A stretch of DNA of 64,000 nt from the human T2T-CHM13v2.0 reference genome, Homo sapiens, in assembly GCF_009914755.1 (NCBI RefSeq), contig NC_060926.1; one strand, 5' to 3'. The position numbers and the translations under genes were made by a program. Positions within the stretch are counted from its first letter, which is position 1. Each line of letters starts with the position of its first letter. The notes below the pieces were generated by a model. The model searched no databases, was not told the origin of the DNA, and saw only the letters and a program-made list of their open reading frames with translations. Of this stretch, positions 58,671-64,000 are shown one piece after another.

Positions 58671-61600
58671 GGAGGTAGAAGGAAAATGGTGGATAGGAGG
58701 CAGGACTAAACTAAAGCTCCCACTCAGACACACAGAGCAGCACGTGGGGACACACATCATGAACTTTTGCTCCAAGAACTACCACAGGAACTTAACAGAA
58801 AAGCCAAAAGAATCCACAGACCCTCTGAAGGAAGTAGATTGCTCCTGCAGGCCCTGGGAAACAGCCCCAAAACCGTGAGTGCCCGAAGTGTGAAAGTGGG
58901 AAAGGAGGATCATCCACCCCCGAACACACACCCTAAATAGGGAACCTAAAGGTCTAGATCACAGGAGAAGGATCTCACCTTACCTGGAGCTGAGACAATT
59001 TTAGAGAGCCAAGCAAAACAAAAGGGTAGAAGCAGCAGTGGGAAGAGAACTATGGGCTCTCAGTCCCCAGGGAAGCCATTTCTGACTTTTGTCTTGCAGA
59101 GATCCTTGGGAAGGGCTCCCTGGGAAGAGACCACAGGGAGAAGGAAACTTCCAGCTCAACTTTGTAACAATTTCAACCAAATGTGAATGTGAAGTTTGCT
59201 GGACAGAACTCAAGGGAGGGGGTGAATTGGGAGTGCAGACACAGCACAGAAGAGACAAAGAGTGACATTATATAATGATAAAATGACTTGTCCAACAGGA
59301 AAAATATCACAATCCTAAACATATATGCACCTAACAATGGAGGCCCCAAATTTATAAAACAATCACTATTCGACCTAAGAAATTAGATAGACAGCAACAC
59401 AGTATTAGCAAGGGACTTCAATACTCCACTGACAGCACTAGACAGGTCATCAAGACCAAGTCAAAAAAGAAACAGTGGATTTAAGCTATACCCTAGAAAA
59501 AAAATGGATTTAACAGATATTTACAAAACATTCCATCCAACAACTGCAGAATATACATTCTATTCATCAGCATATGGAACTTTCTCCAAGATGGACCATA
59601 GAATAGGCCACAAAACAAGTCTCAGTAAATTTAAGAAAACTGAAATTATATCAAGTACTCTCTCAGACCACAGTAGAATAAAACTCCAAAAGGAACCCTC
59701 AAAACCATGCAAATACATGGAAATTAAATAACCTGCTCCTCAAAGATTGTTGGGTCAACAATGAAATCAAGATGGAAATTTAAAAATTCTTTGAACTGAA
59801 CCATAATAGTGACTCAGCCTATCAAAACCTCTGCGATACAGCAAAGATGGTGCTAAGAGGAAAGTTCATAGCCTTAAATGCGTACATCAAAATGTCTGAA
59901 AGAGCACAAACCATCTCAGGTCACACCTCAAGGAACTAGAGAAACAAGAACAAACCAAACCCAGACCCAGCAGAAGAAAAGAAATAACAAAGATCAGAGC
60001 AGAACTACATGAAACTGAAACAAACAAACAACAACAACAACAAAAACACACACGATAAATGCAACAAAAAGCCGGTTTCTTTGAAAAGATAAATAAAATT
60101 GATAGACCATTAGCAAGATTAACCAAGAAAAGAAGAGAGATGATCAAAATAAGTTCAAAACGGGAGATATTACAACCAATACCACAGAAATACAAAAAAA
60201 AAAAATCATTCAAGGCTACTATGAACACCTTTATGCCCATAAACTAGAAAACCTAGAAGAGACGGATAAATTCCTGGAAATATACAACCTTCCTAGATTA
60301 AACCAGGAAGAAATAGAAACTCTGAACAGACCAGTAACAGGCAGCAAGACTGAAATGGTAATATAAAAAACTGCCAACAAAAAAAAGTCCAGGACCAGAC
60401 AAATTCACAGCTGAATTCTATCAGATATTCAAAGAAGAATTGGTATCAATCCTATTGACACTATTCCACAAGATAAAAAGGAAATCCTCCCTAAATCATT
60501 CTATGAAGCCAGTATCACCCTAATACCAAAACCAGGAAAGGACATAACAAAAAAAAGAACACTACAGACCAATATTCCTGATGAATATAGATGCAAAAAT
60601 CCTTAACAAAATACTAGCTAACTGAATTCAACAACACATCACAAGATAATCCACCATGAGCAAGTGGGTTTCATACCAGGGATGCAAGGATAATTTAACA
60701 TACTCAATTCAATAAATGTGATACACTGCATAAACAGAATTAAAAACAAAAATCACATGATCATCTCAATAGATGCAGAAAAAGCATTCGACAAAACCCT
60801 CAGCAAAACTGGCATAGAAGGGACATACCTTAATGTAATAAAAGCCATCTATGACAAACCCACAGCCAACATAATACTGAATGGGGAAAGGTTGAAAGCA
60901 TTTCCCCTGAGAAGTGGAACAAGACAAGGATGCTGACCCTCAACACTTCTATTCAACATAGTACTGGAAGTCCCAGCCAGAGCTGGAACAAGACAAGGAT
61001 GCTGACTCTCAACACTTCTATTCAAAATAGTACTGGAAGTCTCAGCCAGAGCAATCAGACAAGAGCAACAAATCAAGGGCATCCAAATGGGTAAAGAGGA
61101 AGTCAAGGTGTCACTGTTTGCTGATGATACAATCGTTTACCTTGAAAACCCTAAAGACTCCTCCAAAAGGCTCCTAGAACTGATAAACTAATTCAGTAAA
61201 GCTTCAGGATACAAAATTAATGTATACAATCAGTAGCTCTGCTATTATCAGTAGCCCAACAGCTACCAAGCTGAGAATAAAATCAAGAACTCAACCCTTT
61301 TACAATAGCTGCAAAAGAAAAAAAATATTTAGATATATACCTAACCAAGGAAGTGAGAGATCTCTACAAGGAAAACTACAAAACCCTGCTGAAAGAAATC
61401 ACAGATCACACAAACAAATGGAAATACATCCCATGCTCATGGATGGGTAGAATCAATATCATGAAAATGGCCATACTGCCAAAAGCAGTCTACAAATTCA
61501 ATGTAATTCCCATCAAATACCACCACCATTCTTCACAGAACTAGAAAAAACAATCCTAAAATTCATATGGAACCAAAAAAGGGCCCGCATAGCCAAAGCA

Positions 61601-63159
61601 AGACTAAACAAAAAGAACAAATCTGGAGGCATCACATTTCCTGACTTCGAACTATAATACAAAGCCATAGTTACCAAAACAGCGTAGTGCTGGTATAAAA
61701 ATAGGCACATAGACCAATGGAACAGAATAGAGAACCCAGAAATAAACCCAAATACTTACAGCCAACTGATCTCTGACAAAGCAAACAAAAACATACAGTG
61801 GGGAAAGGACACCCTATTCAACAAATGGTGCTGGGATAATTGGCAAGCCACATGTAGAAGAATGAAACTGGATTCTCATCTCTCACCTTATACAAAAATC
61901 AACTTAAGATGGATTAAGGACTTACACCTAAGACCTGAAACTATAAAAATTCTAGAAGATAACATTGGAAGAACCCCTCTAGACATTGGCTTAGGCAAGG
62001 ATTTCATGACCAAGAACCCAAAAGCAAATGCAATAACAACAAAGATAAATAGCTGGGACCTAATTAAACTAAAGAGCTTTTGCACAGCAAAAGGAACAGT
62101 CAGCAGAGTAAACAGACAACCCACAAAGTGGGAAAAAATCTTCACAATCTATACATCTGACAAAGGACTAATATCCAGAATCTACAATGAACTCAAACAA
62201 ATCAGTAAGAAAAAAAACAAACAATCCCATAAAAAAAGTGGGTTAAGGACATGAATGGACAATTTTCAAAAGAAGATATACAAATGGCCAGCAAACACAT
62301 GGAAAAACGCTCAATATCACTAATGATCAGGGAAATGCAAATCAAAACCACAATGTGATATACCACCTTACTCCTGCAAGAATGGCCATAATCAAAAAAT
62401 AAAAATAATAATAGATTTAGTGGGGATGTGGTGAAAAGGAAACACTTTTACACTGCTGGTGAAAATGTAAACTAGTATAACTACTATGGAAAACAGTGTG
62501 GAGATTCCTTAAAGAACTAAAAGTGGAACTATCATTTGATCCAGCAATCCCACTACTGGGTATCTACCGAGATGAAAAGAAGTCATTATACGAAAAAGAT
62601 ACTTGCCCATGCATGTTTGCAGCAGCACAATTCGCAATTGCAAAAATATGGAACCAGCCCAAATGCCCATCAATCAACAAGTGAATAAAGAAACTGTGGT
62701 AAATATATACCATGGAATACTACTCAGCCATAAAAAGCAATGAAATAATGGCATTCACAGCAATTTAGATGGAATTGCAGACCATTATTCTAAGTGAAGT
62801 AACTCAGGAATGGAAAACCAGACACTGTATATTCTCACTTATAAGTGGGAGTTTGATGTGAGGATGCAAAGGCATAAGAATGATACAATGGACTTTGGGG
62901 ACTCACAGGAAAGGGTGGGAGGGGGGTGAGGGATAAAAGACTACAAATAGGATACAGTGAATACTGCTCGGGTGATGGGTGCACCAAAATCTCAGAAATC
63001 ACCACCAAAGAACTTATTCATGTAACCAAACACCACCTGTTCCCCCAAAAACCTATGGAAATAAAAAACAAAAATAAAATTAAAAAATAAAAACAGGAGA
63101 AAAAATAAGTAAACATCCTGAAAAATAAAATAAACTACTATCCTCCAAAAAAAAAGAAA
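58671..63159 (+). mobile_element. L1PB(1)-like element with 5' UTR joined directly to ORF2 (ORF1 absent)
   Basis: ggaaaatggtggataggaggcaggactaa 5' end; ORF2 remnants 59253-62850; L1PB 3' UTR; TSD gaaaaccattctg (58658-58670) / gaaaataattctg (63160-63172). Confidence 0.9.
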
Positions 63160-64000
63160 GAAAATAATTCTGAATTTACAGGTGACGGGAATTAGTTTTT
63201 AAATGGTACAATGTGCAGATCATTGGATTGACAACATCAACTAAGCTTTGGTAAATGATGAAAACTCACTGTTTGACACAGAGAAAGATCCAACCTCAGA
63301 TTGCATCCTCTGAAATCTTATGTTGCTGTGGTTGCCTGGCTCATTTTTAAACAATTGGACTTTTTAAAGCAGTAAGGGATGACAACTAAAATAAATTCAT
63401 AAATCCTAAATTTACCATTTCTTGGGAGAAAATGACGTACATTAGCAGAGGAGTAGCCAAATTAAAAGACTGAGCGTCCAAACATGTTAGCATGAAGATG
63501 TTGATGAACTTTTTCACTCCTTTTCTAAGAGTTATAGAGCATTATGTTGCAGTCAGCTGACATGTTATCTCTGGAACCACCATACTGGATATGTGCACAA
63601 AAGGAGGTCCCTTGGGGAGCCTGTTGAGGTGGTTTACTTACTTTATAACTAAGGAAAATTTAACAAAAATTTAACTAAAAGGGCTAAGGGGTTCATTCCC
63701 TTAAGCTAATAACGTAGCTTGAACATCAAAATTTTAATTTATTGCGATACCAGAGATCTTTTGAAATAGAACCTACATAGATTTTTAGAAGAACTAGCTA
63801 ACAGTCTTAACTAGAAACTGAAGAAGTGAAGGGATAATGTTAGGAGGTCTCTCAAAGACTTTAAATATGTGAAGACTAACCTAGACCTGTGGGCAGGGTG
63901 GAGGTGAAGTTATCTTGTTAAAATATACCACATCAAGAATGTGCTGAGAGTATAAGGTCTATTTTAGAAATATCTTTATAATCATAGAAATGAAGCACAG

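Overview
Primate (human-like) intronic DNA from inside the WDPCP/Fritz (CPLANE ciliogenesis) gene, which runs on the minus strand. Three internal coding exons can be read directly (20936-21050, 18600-18733, 14924-15115; 115+134+192 = 441 nt, one open frame, matching my recall of human WDPCP exons 7-9), plus a 22-nt alternative 5' coding segment (19041-19062, MFSSLHS). The ORF track misses all of these; its ORFs are L1/Alu remnants or noise. The rest is largely retroelement: three near-full-length old L1s (about 5.0-11.6, 30.5-41.8 with nested insertions, 58.7-63.2 kb, all antisense to WDPCP), 3'-end L1 fragments, 12 Alus, L2/MIR, LTRs and hAT DNA transposon remnants. I cannot demonstrate a new biological system from sequence alone. 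The best leads cluster around the repeat-poor exon island (about 14.8-27 kb): a phase-0/phase-0, stop-free 441-nt exon block that would make an endless-ORF circRNA, a 25/27 decoy copy of the exon-9 acceptor just past its donor, an alternative start shadowed by a stronger out-of-frame ATG, a candidate poison exon, an enhancer-like element with a perfect hairpin, a 100-bp non-Alu inverted repeat, a 128-bp direct duplication, and a 19-nt intronic complement to exon 7. Exon numbers and repeat subfamily names are from memory, not from a database search.
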